A DNA stretch of 64,000 nucleotides, taken from the NCBI GenBank assembly GCA_003344405.1, contig NOWV01000016.1:744001-808000 (forward strand). Reading direction: 5' to 3'. Position numbers and translations under genes: made by a program. How positions within the stretch are numbered: the stretch's first letter is position 1; each line of letters starts with the position of its first letter. Under the pieces are notes generated by a model that saw only the letters and a program-made list of their open reading frames with translations, ran no database searches and was not told the origin of the DNA. The stretch comes from Trichoplax sp. H2. Taxonomy: Eukaryota. Positions 1 through 14,650 of this stretch are shown piece after piece.

Positions 1-3000
1 GAATTATTAATGCAGAAATTGAAAAATTCACTGGTGACAGTATTCTAACTGCGCAGGAAGAAATTAAACATGCTACTAAGCTGGTTAGTCAGCAGTTTCT
101 GTCTATTATTTTCGTATAAGCGAAACTTCACCAAGCGCATCCATGGAAGCACCTTTGATCACCTGATTAAATCAATTTTTGCTTTTTCAAATTTTAGGTT
201 GAGGCTTGGACAGATTTAACCATAAAACTATCTGGTCGCCATTCAACTTCCACCCAAAGTTGTATTATAGAAATGAAAAATATTAATCAAGTAAGAATTT
301 GTTGATGCTGTTTCTTCTGCGGTATTGTTATGAAATGATCCGAAAACGAAATCTTTGCTAAGATATCGTTCATTACCATATGATTATTCTCATTCGATGC
401 TGTTTGATATGGTAATTAATTGATATACGGTATAACTTTTAATTATCAATTTGGATTAATCGTTTTAGGAAATAGGAATATTTAATGCAAGATTCATAAT
501 CAGAGTGGCCGGTGAAAATGGTAAAAAATGCACTACTTACACATATATATTTCATATTTTCATTACTATATCGAATCAGAACTAGATGAAATGGCTAGTT
601 ATTTATCATATTAACTGGCTTCCCTTCTGATTGAAATACAGGTGTTGCTAAGGCCCTAATTGATATGGTTAATAACATGGAAACATGGGCAAATCGAATT
701 TATGTTCATTTTAACACCGATCCATTAACAGAAACAGATTGGTTTAGGTATAAACTCTACTAACGTTATTGAAATTCTCTACGCTATACTTTTGATAAAT
801 GAATATCCAGCTACTTTATCAACTTAAAATTATCTGGATATCTTCAGTTACTAAAGGCATCATTTTAATTGACCGTATTTGTACTATAATTCTACATCAT
901 AATTGTGACTTAAGAAGCCTATTACTACTTTTCCAGGCTTTATAACTCCATCACTGATTGGGAGGATAAAATTAAGTATATTCACGAAATTATTGGAACT
1001 GTCAGAACTGAATTCGATAGTGAAGCAATGACACCAGAAAAGTAAGCTTTTACAGTCAAGACAGCATCTATCTATGAGTGATCAATACCAGTTTCAGAAC
1101 TGGATTCTTATACAGTATATAGAAGAGCCATATTTAAACTTTCGCAATATTAGAACAAATCATTTTACTCTATTTTTCTTATCTCCATGCCACTAAAATC
1201 TTTATTTCCATTCGCGACACCGTACATGCTCATATATCAATTTGCGATATCGACAGCGGAAATGAGAAAGGATTACTGATCAATTTTAAATTATGATAAA
1301 TACTTGCTCCTATTTAGATGCCAACAGGCAATACAAAATTTATTTTTAACCTTACAAAATTGGACAAACTCTATAACTCATGCCGTAGAAAATGATGATA
1401 CGAAAATTATTAATCAAGTAAGCGCTGTTATTGCACATAGTAGAATCGCTTTAATTTACATTTTTAGGGAGGATTATAGCAGTCTTTCCATATAGATTCT
1501 AATTACGAATGATTTGACTTGATACAGTATACTGTATAAAGAATTTCTTAACTTCTAAACTACATTCCTCAATTTCGTTAGGTAACATCAGTTCATATGG
1601 ATATGATTAGTTGGATGGTGCAGTTACTACTACAGGTAACACCAGATATGGACGATAGCCCTTATATGCAACATTTCCGTGAAAATGGCAAGAAATATAA
1701 GACTGCAGATGATGTTAAAGCAGCTGCAGTCAGTATTATCGAACGCTTGCGATCCTTCACTAAGGATATTATTAGGTAAATAGCTATAATAAGAACTAAT
1801 AGTAATGGATAACTTTAGACCATTGCACTTATTTTTAGTCATTTATTAACATTATAATATATTAATTTTATTATTTAATATTAGTTAAGTGTTTTAATAC
1901 TGTGTTTATCTTGTCTTTACTCTAGTAATTCCAATGATATTGTTATGGAAACACGACAAGCAAAATTAGATTTACATGATGAAACAGCAGATGATGATTA
2001 TAAAGACTTACAGAGAATGAAACGCGAATGTGACGAATGGATTGAAGCAGCTGGATTATTAGTTGGAGAGATGTTGCAAATACAAGGTGATTCCTTAAAG
2101 CGACTCTTTAGCGATAAGACAACATGGGCAGCTACACCTGAGGTAAATCTTAAGCCAGTTTACTCTTTATACTACTCCAGCTTAAACTAAAATATCCAAT
2201 TCAATATTGGTATCAGCTATATATTCGGTGTAATGAAGCATTAGTATTTAGCTTATAGCTAATTAGAATACTTTATCTATTCAAAGGAACTTAAAATTAG
2301 GCCTATAGAAGCAGTCTCCTCTAATCAGCTTGCAACTAGTAAGGAAGGAACTGAAGAGCAAGAGGATAAAACTGCACAGACTGATCAACCACAATTGGAA
2401 AAGCAGGATGAAGGTTTGAAAGATTCAGCTTTATCTCAAGAAGAAGTTGATACTCCACCAGAAGAAGTTCAAGGTGAAAATATGGAACAAAATCAGGAAG
2501 AAAAATCCCCAAAAATACCTGAAAGCGCTGAAACGAATCGAGAAGAAGAAGAAAAGAGTCAAGAAGCAGTCAAAAAAGATGATACTGTAAATGAAGTGAA
2601 TAACGACGTTACTGATAGCATAGATTCTACCAATAAAATCGATGAAAAACCTGTAGAAGAGACCCAAGATCAAATAGAAGAAGATGATACGGTAAAGGAG
2701 ACAAAGCCACAAGGTGAAGAAATAGTAGTTGTTGCCGATGATGAAAATATCCGAACCAGAAATTTAACAGCCCTTGAACAATCGGTAATTCGACATTGAT
2801 CTTACAGTGTAGCAGAATTTATATCTGTTTCCCTATTTCATGATCTAAGATCATCAATTTTTCCTATGTCCCATAGATTCGAAGAACTGGTACACCAGGA
2901 CAACATTCAGGTTTGTATTGATTATATTAAGATAAACATTAATTCGTAATCATATATCCTCAAAACATATGATAAAGTACTGTATTAAGTGCTCTCTATA

Positions 3001-3420
3001 ATTTAGTCTTAATTACTCTTCGCCATCTTAGACTTATGATATGCTGCAAATATGCAACGTGTCCTTCTTTACTATACTATCAAATTATTAATCAATCCCT
3101 TTATATTATAAACAGCTATCTCTCTACCAAGCTCTGATACTATTGAAGCAAGTAATAATCTCAAGGCATTACAGCCGCTAAACCAACATTTATTAGAAAC
3201 AGAACTTCGTGCTCAAGAGGCTGAAGATCGAGCGATTAAGGCTGAATTTTCATTGAAGGAAGCACTAAATAAGATTATAACATTGGAAAGGCAATTACAA
3301 GAGCAAGAGCAAAAGCAAAAGCATGAACCTAAAAGTGACAGCAATAAAGTAGGGATGTCACATCGAAAAGTTGGAGCATCTAACACAAAGAGCCGCTCCA
3401 ATCCACAAAAAGCTGTTTAA
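1..3420 (+). CDS. AXDND1: Axonemal dynein light chain domain-containing protein 1-like, 3' part of a multi-exon gene (5' end outside window)
   Basis: Phase-consistent GT-AG exons <1-83, 198-290, 469-520, 642-747, 937-1041, 1318-1417, 1582-1775, 1926-2142, 2287-2784, 2877-2910, 3116-3420 (TAA). Motifs RVAGENG, WMVQLLL, DLQRMKRECDEWI, a Glu-rich tract, VVADDENI and LLETELRAQEAEDR occur in the order I recall for the AXDND1 C-terminal half. Confidence 0.75.
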
Positions 3421-5649
3421 ATAGTGGGTGCAAAGTGATGCCGAGCTGAATGAAATTCTAAAACTAACTGCCCTAAGTACAATAATCAATCCATAGGACT
3501 ACTGCGATGGCTAACCTTACCTATTGATTTTATTACTGAATCATGGATTTAATCGATCTTCTTGCAAGGGTTAATATTTTTCATGGTATTTTATCAGTTT
3601 GAGGTTCCAAGTTGGAAGCCTGAGGTTTCTGAGTTATTGACGATTTGAAGAAGATCTATTGAATATTTTATAGTCATATATTTTATTTCGATATGCTAAG
3701 TTATAAATACAGATGACGTTTGTACTAATCATAATTGACTATAGCATTTCAACTGGATAAATCGACTATCAATCATATACCATAGATCGTAATTACTACG
3801 AATCCTTGATCTTTGCTTTTACAATCATTTTTAAATGCCCTACAATGACAGTTTCAGATGATTTGCTTTAAACTACTGGTTACGCAGCGATGGCATCTAT
3901 TGCAGCATATAATTAATTGAGTCCACTATGGTATCTTATTCTAGTTACTCATTAATTATAGCATGTCAATTAAGTAAATGTGTATATTTCATCTTATACG
4001 GTACTAATTCCTCATTTAAGCTACATCATGTATTATTGTATTCTAACAAATTCATGTTTACATCATTATTATCGGATATCAGATTCTATAAATTTATGTA
4101 ATTAAGAAATAGATTGTGTAAATATCTGCTATTATCACTCTTTCTGTACAATGTACTTTATCATTGACTTACTGCAATTCTACTAAAATAGCGAAGTTAT
4201 AGGTTAGCTTACTTGAATTTAGAAGCTATCTATTGACTGATAATGAATGATAAAATTCGATGGATAGCCTTATCATTGTTAACCATCAAATCGAAGGAAA
4301 TCTTTGAAAGTTATATATAATAATTCTTGTGTATAAATATACCAAAGAGTAATTTCTAATAACTAGCTGGTGCACTTTTCTCTACATGTTGCTACTACTA
4401 ATTAAGTCAGACAGTACCTAGATATTATATTAAAATTACTGGTTGAGTGCATTATCGTATCTCATGATTTTGTTATTCTTACAGTGAGTACGACCGTGAC
4501 AATAATCATATTTTAAGGCATATATCAAGTAAGATGCAATCAATTACGCCTTGATGGATACCATCAGAGTTCAATTTAAGATTTAAAATGTATATATTGA
4601 CTATTAGATATGTATCGACTGCAATGATTGCAATAATTACCCATTTATTTTCAATTAGTGATTAAATTATGCAGGATTTCATACCATTGAATAAAATGAC
4701 CATTTATTTTGCCCTTTATGATGCTATTAGTAATACTGCTAGTATAATTCTAGAAAATGATATAGCTAGCGAAAGCACTTTTAAAAATTTTTTTAGGATT
4801 TATTAATTTTTTACTCTATTTCTCAAGTTGACTTTAACTTCATTGTCAAATATTTCCTAATTCAAAGGATCAAATGTCAATCTGATACCTTAGCTACGAG
4901 ATCATAAAACAAAGTAACCATATTAGGAATTGTTAATTAATCGATTAGCCAATTGCAAATAGTTCCTAATTAATTTTCAATTCAAAAGTAAGCTCCACAA
5001 TTAGTAAGATCATTTGTTATTACTTTACCACTGGGTTGTTTGGATGTTCTGAAATGGCATTTAGAATTCCATAAAACTATATATAATGGAACAAGCCTGA
5101 TGTTATAATAGAGAGGCAAAAAATTGGACTGATGATGATTTATTTCTAAAACTAATCATGTTTGTATTGCTATTAAACTCCAGACTAACCTGCTGTGAAT
5201 AGGAAAAGATAAACAAATAATGGTAAAATATAACCGGACTAGCAGTTATCAAACTGTTATAATGAAATGATGATTTACCGGTGAATTGAAATTTCGATAA
5301 CGGGGAAGTGGAGGTATAAAAATAAAGTATTTGATCGATTAATTAACATTTTTTCAATATGGTTCTGTGCTACTTCATGAAAAGTATGTAGCTTATACAA
5401 TCGATCGAAAGTACGGTATAGAGGTTAAAATAAATTGAAAGTAAGCGAAACAAGAGCGTACTGAAAGCTTGATAATTAGCTTAGCTTTTGTTATTTATTT
5501 CCACGAAGGACAAGATATGAGCAATGTATGATTTAATTGACTATAATCAAGTTATCAAATTAAGATAGATAATATCGCGTATTGTTGACAAAATCTACGT
5601 CAAAAGTATGGCGTAGTCTTCCAGTTGGACGAATCTTCAAACCATGGTA

Positions 5650-8600
5650 TTAGCTTTCTTGACATCTTGAACCGAAAATGATTGGAATTTGTTTGTCCAG
5701 GTTATCAGCAATTGTTTTTGCTAAAAAATATTCAGGATCATTATAGCAAACACTTTTATACGACTTGACACAAGCTAGGAATGTCCGAATAATGTGGCAA
5801 TATTGCTCTGGCGTGACGACTTTTTTGGAATCCGTTTGATATTCTTTAATACATAGTTTAACATTACATCTTCTTTTGGTAAGATAGGCTGTAGAAATTA
5901 AGTAAATTCATCAGCAATGAACTATTAGCTAAAAGTAAAATCTGTCTAAATAATATTCGGATATTGATAGGAAAGCATAAAGTTGCTAGGTTATAAAAAA
6001 TTGTAGCAATTCTATTATGTCAAATTGTATTAACTTTGATGTTTTAGAACAAAAGTACAGATTATAGTACAAGAGTAATAAACATTATTTAATAAATGCC
6101 TTTTAAAGTCTCTGCCTTTTTCATTGTATCATACTCGTAGATACGATCAATTTACTCTTTCAATTTACTAATGTTGATCTCAAAATTATGGTCTAGACGC
6201 GCAAATTTTTACTTAAAGTATTTAATATTCTAAGATTCTAGAATATATTAGCAGGAGAAGATGAAAATCTTTCATTTACTTTACTTTCTCCAAATGAAAT
6301 CGGAATTATTTGCAGTGTTAGCTAATAAGTGGAACATGAAAGGTATAACTTACCATCTGGGATACTTAGTTTGGTACACTTGCTAAATTTTTCTTTCATT
6401 GTAGGCAAATTGTAGCAATCCAAAGGCAATAGCTGATTATTGAAACCAGGATCGGCCTTCAGTGAATCAAATTGAGCCTTGCATAATCGATAATCACTCA
6501 TTAAAGCTTGACATTCTTCTTTACATATCAACCGTTTGTAATTAACTCCTGCACATGGCGCGAAGTTATGATAGCAAATAGCTTTCAATGCATATTCTTC
6601 GCAATGACCACCAATAGCACGTATAAATGCGAAAGTTTCCGATAATTTTTGCTCCAAATCCTCCTGATTACCAAATGCTGATGTTTCTGTTTTATTGACA
6701 CCATAAAAGGGTGCACAAACTGAGCCAGAATAAAGTTCACAACTCGAACGTATTAAGGAGTTTGAATAATCGTTCTTTTTATCATGCAGGGTAAATTTAG
6801 TAATGTCAAATCTAGGTAGATTTTGTAACATTAGCGTTAGCTGGAGAGTATTGTTTAATAGCGTACGTATAAGTACAAATAGAGATTCAAGTTGAATATA
6901 ATCAGACAATCTTGCTTATTACCTTGCAAGTGGATCCGTAAATAGCTGAGCTAAAAATGAACGAAAGGCATGGTAAAGGAAGAAAAATTGTGGTGAATAT
7001 GTTAGCTAGTTTAGCGGTAGTAGCAACTTTGCAGTTTTAAAAAAACTTATCGAATGTGCACTAATGTTAGTGTGAAACATTATAATTTCTCGTAACATAT
7101 GTTTACTACACTAAATTGTATTGATTTCATGGTAATTCGTGAGCAATAAATCGAAATTATGTAATAAACAGTGAAACGGTAGAAGAAACTAAACATTACG
7201 ATATTAGAGAGCTGATCTATCTCGAGTAGTGATTAAATTTATTCCCAGATTAGGATCTAGTAAGGTATTTCAAATTTTGCTTAACAATGGAAATAGTTTC
7301 AAAGTATTGTATTATGATTCATCAAACTTTTACATTTTCGTATTAAAAATAGCATTAAGCCATTGCCGCAAATCATCGCAGGAAAAAAATTAACCTATTA
7401 TCAAGATCTACGTTGTGCTTTAATTACAATATTCGCGTAATTTCGCTAATTTTACAGACATATAGAAAGATAATGGCATGAATCTGAGCTTATTGAGGAT
7501 AGCTTGATGAGCGTAAAGATAAATTTTTACTGACGTTCGCAAGATCGCTTCCTGTAGTTGATTGTATCGATTGAGATTTTGGAAGATTTCGCCTTTCCTC
7601 GGAAGCTTTCAAATATGATCTGTATGGAAATGTAAGAAATAAAATATAGATTTCGGTTGACAGATGGCGATAAATGAATAACTCATTTATCGCTTATCGC
7701 TTAGTTAAAGTTATCTTAAATTGAGCTAACTCAATATTCAACGATAATTAATTATTAATGTCTTCAGAAAATTCATCATCAGCTTTCTTTTTACCTTGTA
7801 ATTGATATTAGATTCAATTTGAATTTGAGCAAACTTCCAGTGTTGGCCCTGATCGCCTTTTTTATCCCACAGTTTTACCAGTTTGCCACCGGATGGTCGT
7901 ATGTAAACGCGAAGTCCTGACGATTCATCGGTTGACTCCATATGGTACCAAAATTGGAGACAGATTGGAAATTTTTGAGGTAGAACTTTGCTAACTAGTC
8001 TTGCCCTAGTACGATACTCCTTTGCATAAGTCGTATCTGTCCTGATATAGAAGTCTAAATAAAAAGAACGAAATATAATACCAGTATTAGCATTGCAAAC
8101 GATAATTGTGGTATGTATCTGTGTTAATCGCATGCTAATAAATTTTGCTTTACCTCTTTTACCAATTATGGGAAATCCTGAATTTTCCTTCGATGTTTGA
8201 GGTAGTTTAACACGCTTCCAGTTAAAGTCATTATTGGCACCATTTCTCCATCGACAATACGATGATTCAAAAGTGCATTTGATATTGTAAGAAACTAATG
8301 ATTTATAAACATGGCATAAGATAAAATCAGTTCAAACTGCAGACGAAAAGATGCAATTCATATTCAAATCAAAACTGATGTAATTTGAGAATGGTATGGT
8401 ATGGCTATCAATTTATTACGCTTTGCATAGGTAAGAAAGAAGGCTATAAATAATTTCCTAATAGCAAAGTTGTAAGAGTTGTATCAATTATTAAATTTCT
8501 ACAGCTTTATAGGTGAAGAAAATTAAGTATTCTTCCTGTCAATTTAAATATTGCCAGTAATTCCGATAGGTTAATTACCTACAAATAGCCTATATTTTTA

Positions 8601-10909
8601 CTAGATGACAATTAAAATGATCTATGGCATTTGGAAATCTTTGGCATTTGATTTTTAAGTTGATAAAGTATAATTAAGAAAGGTACTATAAGGTGTAAAA
8701 GATGGCGAAGATTCCTGCAGCTTAATTCGAACGCTTTAAATCGTATTTTACTCTAATACGATATTAATCAAGGTCAAAGATTGGATATGATCCGTGATTG
8801 AAATTTTAAAAGGAACAGACAGATGTAACGATATGGCGAGAATTTTATATTGGATTTATGCAGTATAGATACAATAGAAATATGAAACTTAAAAAAATTT
8901 TTTGGTATTTTGACACTGAGGCCGTTGAACGGCATACTGTAGGTTAAAATTCTGTTAGCAGACTTAAATCCAAAACAGTATAAGAAGAAACGGCATTTTG
9001 ATGACAATTTGTAAATTAATTAAAATAGATAGAAAATTGTTGGTAGATCCAATTCAGCACAACTAAAATCTTTTAATTACGGTAAGCATTGCGATAACTC
9101 TTTTATTGTTGCAGCCTTATACGCCTTTGGTACTTTTAATAACACCAAGTAGATTCAAATTAACGTTGCTAGAAATACTTGCTACTAGTGAAATAGCGAT
9201 TATTGTATCAAGATGTAGAATACTTGGATTATTAATATTGCAGCGGTTGTAAGGCTTGATTTCGAGTTAACTATATTAGCTCTTTTAGCCGTAGTGATTC
9301 ATATATATGGGTAAATTATCAAGTTTCAGGTGAGTTAATCTATTTCTAACGATATTCACAGGAGGCAATGTTAAGAAATACTTTTACCTAAATGCAGCTG
9401 GTTACTTCTATCATATAGTATAGAAGTGAACATGAAATGAATACTTTTCCTTAAGAGCTAAATGCAAAAACTCACTTAAGCTATAGCCAAGGCGTTTAGC
9501 TTTTTCTTTTCCGCCTAAATCTTGTAAGATGTCGGCAAATTTGGAATATTCTAGCAAGTTGTATTTGATATTAGCTAATCTACATGCGAATGTTGTACCT
9601 TAATATCGGCACTTGATCTTAAGTATGCAGATTCTAACCTTTACATTTGCTTACCTGATGAGCTAGGATTGTCATCTTTAGACAGAGTTATCGATTTCAT
9701 TAGGAAAGATGATATAATCATACGGATAAAGAGCATGCAAATATTACATTGTTACAATGAGGATTAAATTTTTTATGTACAATATCTATAAAGATAGTAA
9801 GGAAAATTGATGTACCCTATGTAAATACCGAAATTTGTTGACTAGGTATTAGTTTTTGTCGAATTATAATTATAATTGGTTAAAGATATCTTTCATTAAT
9901 ACTTTAACTATAATCCACTACGATCTATCAATATTGCTCAAAACCTACAGTCTAATTCATTCAATTCATTAATTTCATCCAACAGATCTTCATCGACGTA
10001 GATGGGATTTTCCTCTACAAATAACGGTGTCGTTAGTAGTTGTTCATAGTCGCTATTTTTTTATAACATTTAAACTTTTACAACCGTATTTCTAAAAAAA
10101 CGTATTTAGTTAGAGTTCTCACAGTATCACCTTAAAATATTTAGTTAACACTAATCCTATTATCCTCGCTATTTGTCAGTTGCCCTCAAGTTATGTTACT
10201 AAGATTCTGAAGGTTAGTGCAGTAGTATACAAGAAAATATGAGCTATAATATATTGTAAATAGAGTTTTTGTGTCGCTGCATATAAATTAATGATAAAAT
10301 CTTAAATTTGTCGCTTTCCGGTAATTTAAATCAGCTAGGATTAATACGGTCACCGTCTACCTATGATTAATAGGGTAATAATTATTGGCAAATTTCTTTA
10401 TGATTCATGGTATAATAGTGGATATTAAATAGTGGTAAACTTATAATTAATTATTTACATATTAGATTAGGTATTCTATCGATATAGCCATGCTTACGAG
10501 TAAAAGATGATGCAATAATAAAAATATATTAGTCCTGTTAAAACTATTTTAATGTCGCTTTGATCAGATTTTACGTATAAAAATCGTGATCAATGAGCAC
10601 AGTTGTGCCTTTAGCAGTGCATTAGTAATTTATTTTTACCGTAGATAGGTAAATGCCTATAATATAGATTGTACTAAAATTGGCTACATTCAAGGAAAGT
10701 AGTACAAAAATGTAAAGTGATTGTATTTTATTCGATGGTATTAGAATTTAAAATATAGTATGCCATAGACCGCTTTATTTAGTACGATAAAATTTAAATT
10801 TACCTGGAATAGCAACCGAGTTGCCGTTCATTAAGCCAATATTGTCTGGTGCTTGTTGTGCTTGTGCAACAGCCAACCAGGTAATAATAAAGATGAAAAG
10901 TAGCTTCAT
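5650..10909 (-). CDS. Secreted protein: signal peptide + MAM domain + ROR/MuSK-type Frizzled cysteine-rich domain + C-terminal RGM-N-like 6-Cys domain
   Basis: Phase-consistent exons 10909-10804 (MKLLFIFIITWLAVAQA), 8294-8154 (CTFESSYCRW..DFNWKR), 8054-7795 (ARLVS..CLQFWYHM..LRVY..GDQGQHWK), 7619-7535 (IIFE..ISIDTI..C), 6950-6923, 6811-6354 (10-Cys CRD, CELYSGSVC..ICKEEC..LPLDCYNLP), 5888-5650 (stop TAA). No transmembrane or kinase segment. The link from the first exon to the MAM exon is inferred from phase only. Confidence 0.8.
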
Positions 10910-13900
10910 GTTGATTTTAATGACTTGGCTGCTCGATTTTCAGCAAGTCAATCACAGTTAAGTACTAGTATATTAGTAAGAATTCTAAAATTAATTAAAT
11001 GTACAATAACTATATGAAAGATAAAACTAATACATTAATTCAAGCAGACCTGAATGTGGATGTTTTATTGTACTTTAAACGAAGAGATTACTAGTAATCC
11101 TTCTAGTACAGACTGAAATAACGCTTCGAATACAGTTCATGAAATTAATGACGACTTATGTATAGTTTTTATAAGTTTTGACATTGTTATGCTTAACTTC
11201 TATGTCATGCTGATATCTTGTATATGATAAATAAATCATGACCATCATATTATTTATTCTAATAGGGAATAAAGTGGCCACAATTGAAATGACTATTGCA
11301 TTCAACTAGAACTAATATAACTTTAATAATTAATGTTCTTATTGTAAATTCTATATGTAAATAATTACAGCCTATCTACAACAATGTTGTGATGAATATT
11401 TGGATAAATTAATCTTTGTACTGTCCAAATTTAAACAGGTTTTGTCCGAGTTGATTAATTAGTCAGCACTGCTTACCAGGATGCCGCGTTGAAAAATTTT
11501 TTTAAAATCACCGGATTTACCTCTTAATTGGTTGAAGCAAACGTGATAACATACTTTACATTGCCCGAATTTTTCTCAAAATCCTGCATGGGCCGTATGC
11601 AAGAGAAAACCCTATTTAATGAGAAAAAATCTTCACATTTCACTGCGGATAGTTTCTTATGGTGATAAAAAATTGCATGAAAATGCCGATATGCTAATTG
11701 TAATATGTTTACGCGACATTCATTTCAAATGCAGCAGCGAATAAACGTATGTATTTCTTGAAGACTTGAATAATATTCATCGCCGTAGAAAGTCTCAGGA
11801 TGGAAATCTCTACATCCTTGTTGATAAAATTTTGAATGGATAAAGGAAGAAATAGAGCCGATATTGTCATGTAATAGTTGGCTGTGGTGTGATATTTTGT
11901 AATTCTTCGGCTAATGTCATGTGATTTAAGGCATATCCTACCGAGCTATAAGCAATCATTGGCTGGTTAAAGTTTAGACAAGATTCCGACTGGATCGATT
12001 GGTCATAACAACGTGCTATTCTCAAATAAAGGTAACGATATACAAGGAACCAATGAGCTCAATCTTTATATATATACATACTGTAGCATAGGATGCGACT
12101 GATATCACTGCAGTTAATAAACCTTTGAATCATAGGCATGGTATAATTGGGTTCTTTGTAATATATTGAGATTGGGGGTAATAATTTGCATACAGGCAAT
12201 ACGATTCGTGTAATATAATAAATTTGTAATACAAATAGTGAAATCTATACCAGAATAGATTAAACAAAAAGATGGAGTCAGCGTTATTACTAGTCTATTA
12301 ATAACTAAATGCAAAGGATCGAATTGATTTAATTTAAGGTTAAATTAAGGTAAAATAACACACAAAATTCTAACTCATGTTGAAGTAATTTATTTTGATT
12401 ATACATCGTTTTACGTAAGTCGACGTATATATCAATGCTAAATATTGTTATATCGATAGGAATTGCGGCCTTGTAAAGATAGTAGTTGTTATTCTAGTGA
12501 TTACTCTAGTGTAAATATACATTAGTTGAATTCATCATTGTTACAGATCGTTGTTAGCAAATCAGATTTGGATTATTCCCAACCTTCGATTTGACTTTCT
12601 TGCTGCCAACAAATCCATGTCCTCATCGAAACATTGAGATAATTTCTTCACTTTGTGCTGGAGTCGCTCACATATCAAATAGTAATAACTGTAAAAATTT
12701 GTGTAAGGAATCATTTCTTCAATGATAGCGACAATCGTAACCGAAAATATCGACATGTTATTTAATATCGTCATCATAAAAGACTTTAATATATACGTAT
12801 ACTAAAATAAATACCGATGTTTTCGATGTTTTACGAGAGACAATTTCTCGATCGCTACTATATTAGATAATGGACAACCTAGAAATGAAACTTATTTTGA
12901 ATATCTTGCACATGATCAAAGTGCTAATAACTGTTAGCTGTCCATTACTTATCGGATCTACATCCAGCTACGTGCTATTCTAAGCATAGACTGCATCAAT
13001 GATAGCGAGAGAATTAGAAAGCATGTAGTATCTCATTATGAATTGTGACTTTGAAATTGGAAAGTTTACCATAACTATAGTGCTCTCCTCTAAGGTTTGT
13101 CATGTACCATAATATGATAAAAATAATGCGCTCGAAATCACAACGTCGCGTTAGGTAGACGTAATGGATAAGACTTTTTTAAATTTCTAGTCACATTAGT
13201 TGTGGTTACCACTTGATCATAGGTATACACTCTGCTAATATCTATATATTATGGAGCTTAAATATCGATCAAATTAATCCTAGCAATTAGTATAATCCAT
13301 GATGGCTCTAACATCAGCTGCTAAACTCTCTTATTTCAAGGAATCCCTACAAATCGTATACTATGATTTACAATATTTCATGATGAAAGCACATTAAAAG
13401 CACCTATTAGGAGAGTTTCAAATAATTTTTACCATGCATTATACTATAAATTTCGAGTACAATAATTACATATGGTACGTAGACATGCTAGAAATTTTAT
13501 ACAGGAGTTTAAAAAGTTTGCGAACTTAGCACGACATCGATAGTTTATACAGTACTTTGAAAATATTATGTTAAACTTTTTTCAAAAGATATTGTTTTTT
13601 TAATCACATAATACTCAAAATATGATTTTTATTATGCCATCGTAGAACCAGTTTAATAGTTGAATAATTAAAATTGTGTAAAAGGGTAAGATTAACTTTG
13701 CTTAAAGGTCAATTAATGATGTCATAAGATGTTTTAAAATTTTTAAATTAGGATAGAGTAGATAGGGGTGTAGATGTAAATGCATTTATGTAGGTTTGAC
13801 AGTGTGAGATATACAAATTAATTATTGCAGCGCACCCAATATAGCAGACAGGTGGTTATGCGTAAGAAATTGTAAACTTTGCATAGAACGGTGTAGAACT

Positions 13901-14650
13901 AATTAATAATCAGCGATAAACTGTCAAAGTGCAATTGAGCTATTAGCTTGATGTGATTTATTTACTAAGTGGTATCTTGCTGGTTTTAAGCTGATTGTTA
14001 GAAATTACAATTTAATCATACCACGATTCGCAACCTAACATTGCCTTTACTATAGGCAAACGTATCATTGCACCTCGCTAGGCCGTCAAGCTACCGCATA
14101 ACGTATGCAATCCGTCGTACATGTATTTCGAGCAACGCAAACACGGATAGCCGATTACCTAGAAATGATTACAGGAATACATTTGGTCATGGCTGTTTAA
14201 TCTTTGCAGAAAGAATCTAACTATACGAGTATTCACTGTAGATCATACTACCTTTCAGCTATAGCACTTGAGCCATTACTCTTCGGAGCAACTATTTGCA
14301 TATTTTTGATTTTATAGCCGTAATGATTAAATGATATTTCAATGTTAATAACCCATAGATAAATTATACTACCGTATCTCATACTATCCATCAACTGTCG
14401 TATCTGAGCTATTATTCTTCGGTGTAACTCGTATTTGCATATTTATGATTCCATAGCCATAATGGTAAAATGATATTACAATGTCGATAACGCATGGGTA
14501 AATGGCACTACTGTGCTCCATACTACCTATCAGCTGTCGCACACTAGCTATTATTGTTCGATTCAACTCGTGTTTGCGTGTTTTCTCGTATGATCCCATA
14601 GCTGTAATGATAGAATGATATTGCAATGTTGATGAATCTTCGGTAAATTA

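Noticed and set aside
2431-2712. Hydrophobic minus-strand ORF
   Set aside because: Antisense shadow of the Glu/Lys-rich AXDND1-like exon.
6322-6909. ROR/MuSK receptor tyrosine kinase call
   Set aside because: The CRD is ROR-like, but the next exon ends in a stop and no kringle, TM or kinase exons were found before the convergent gene.
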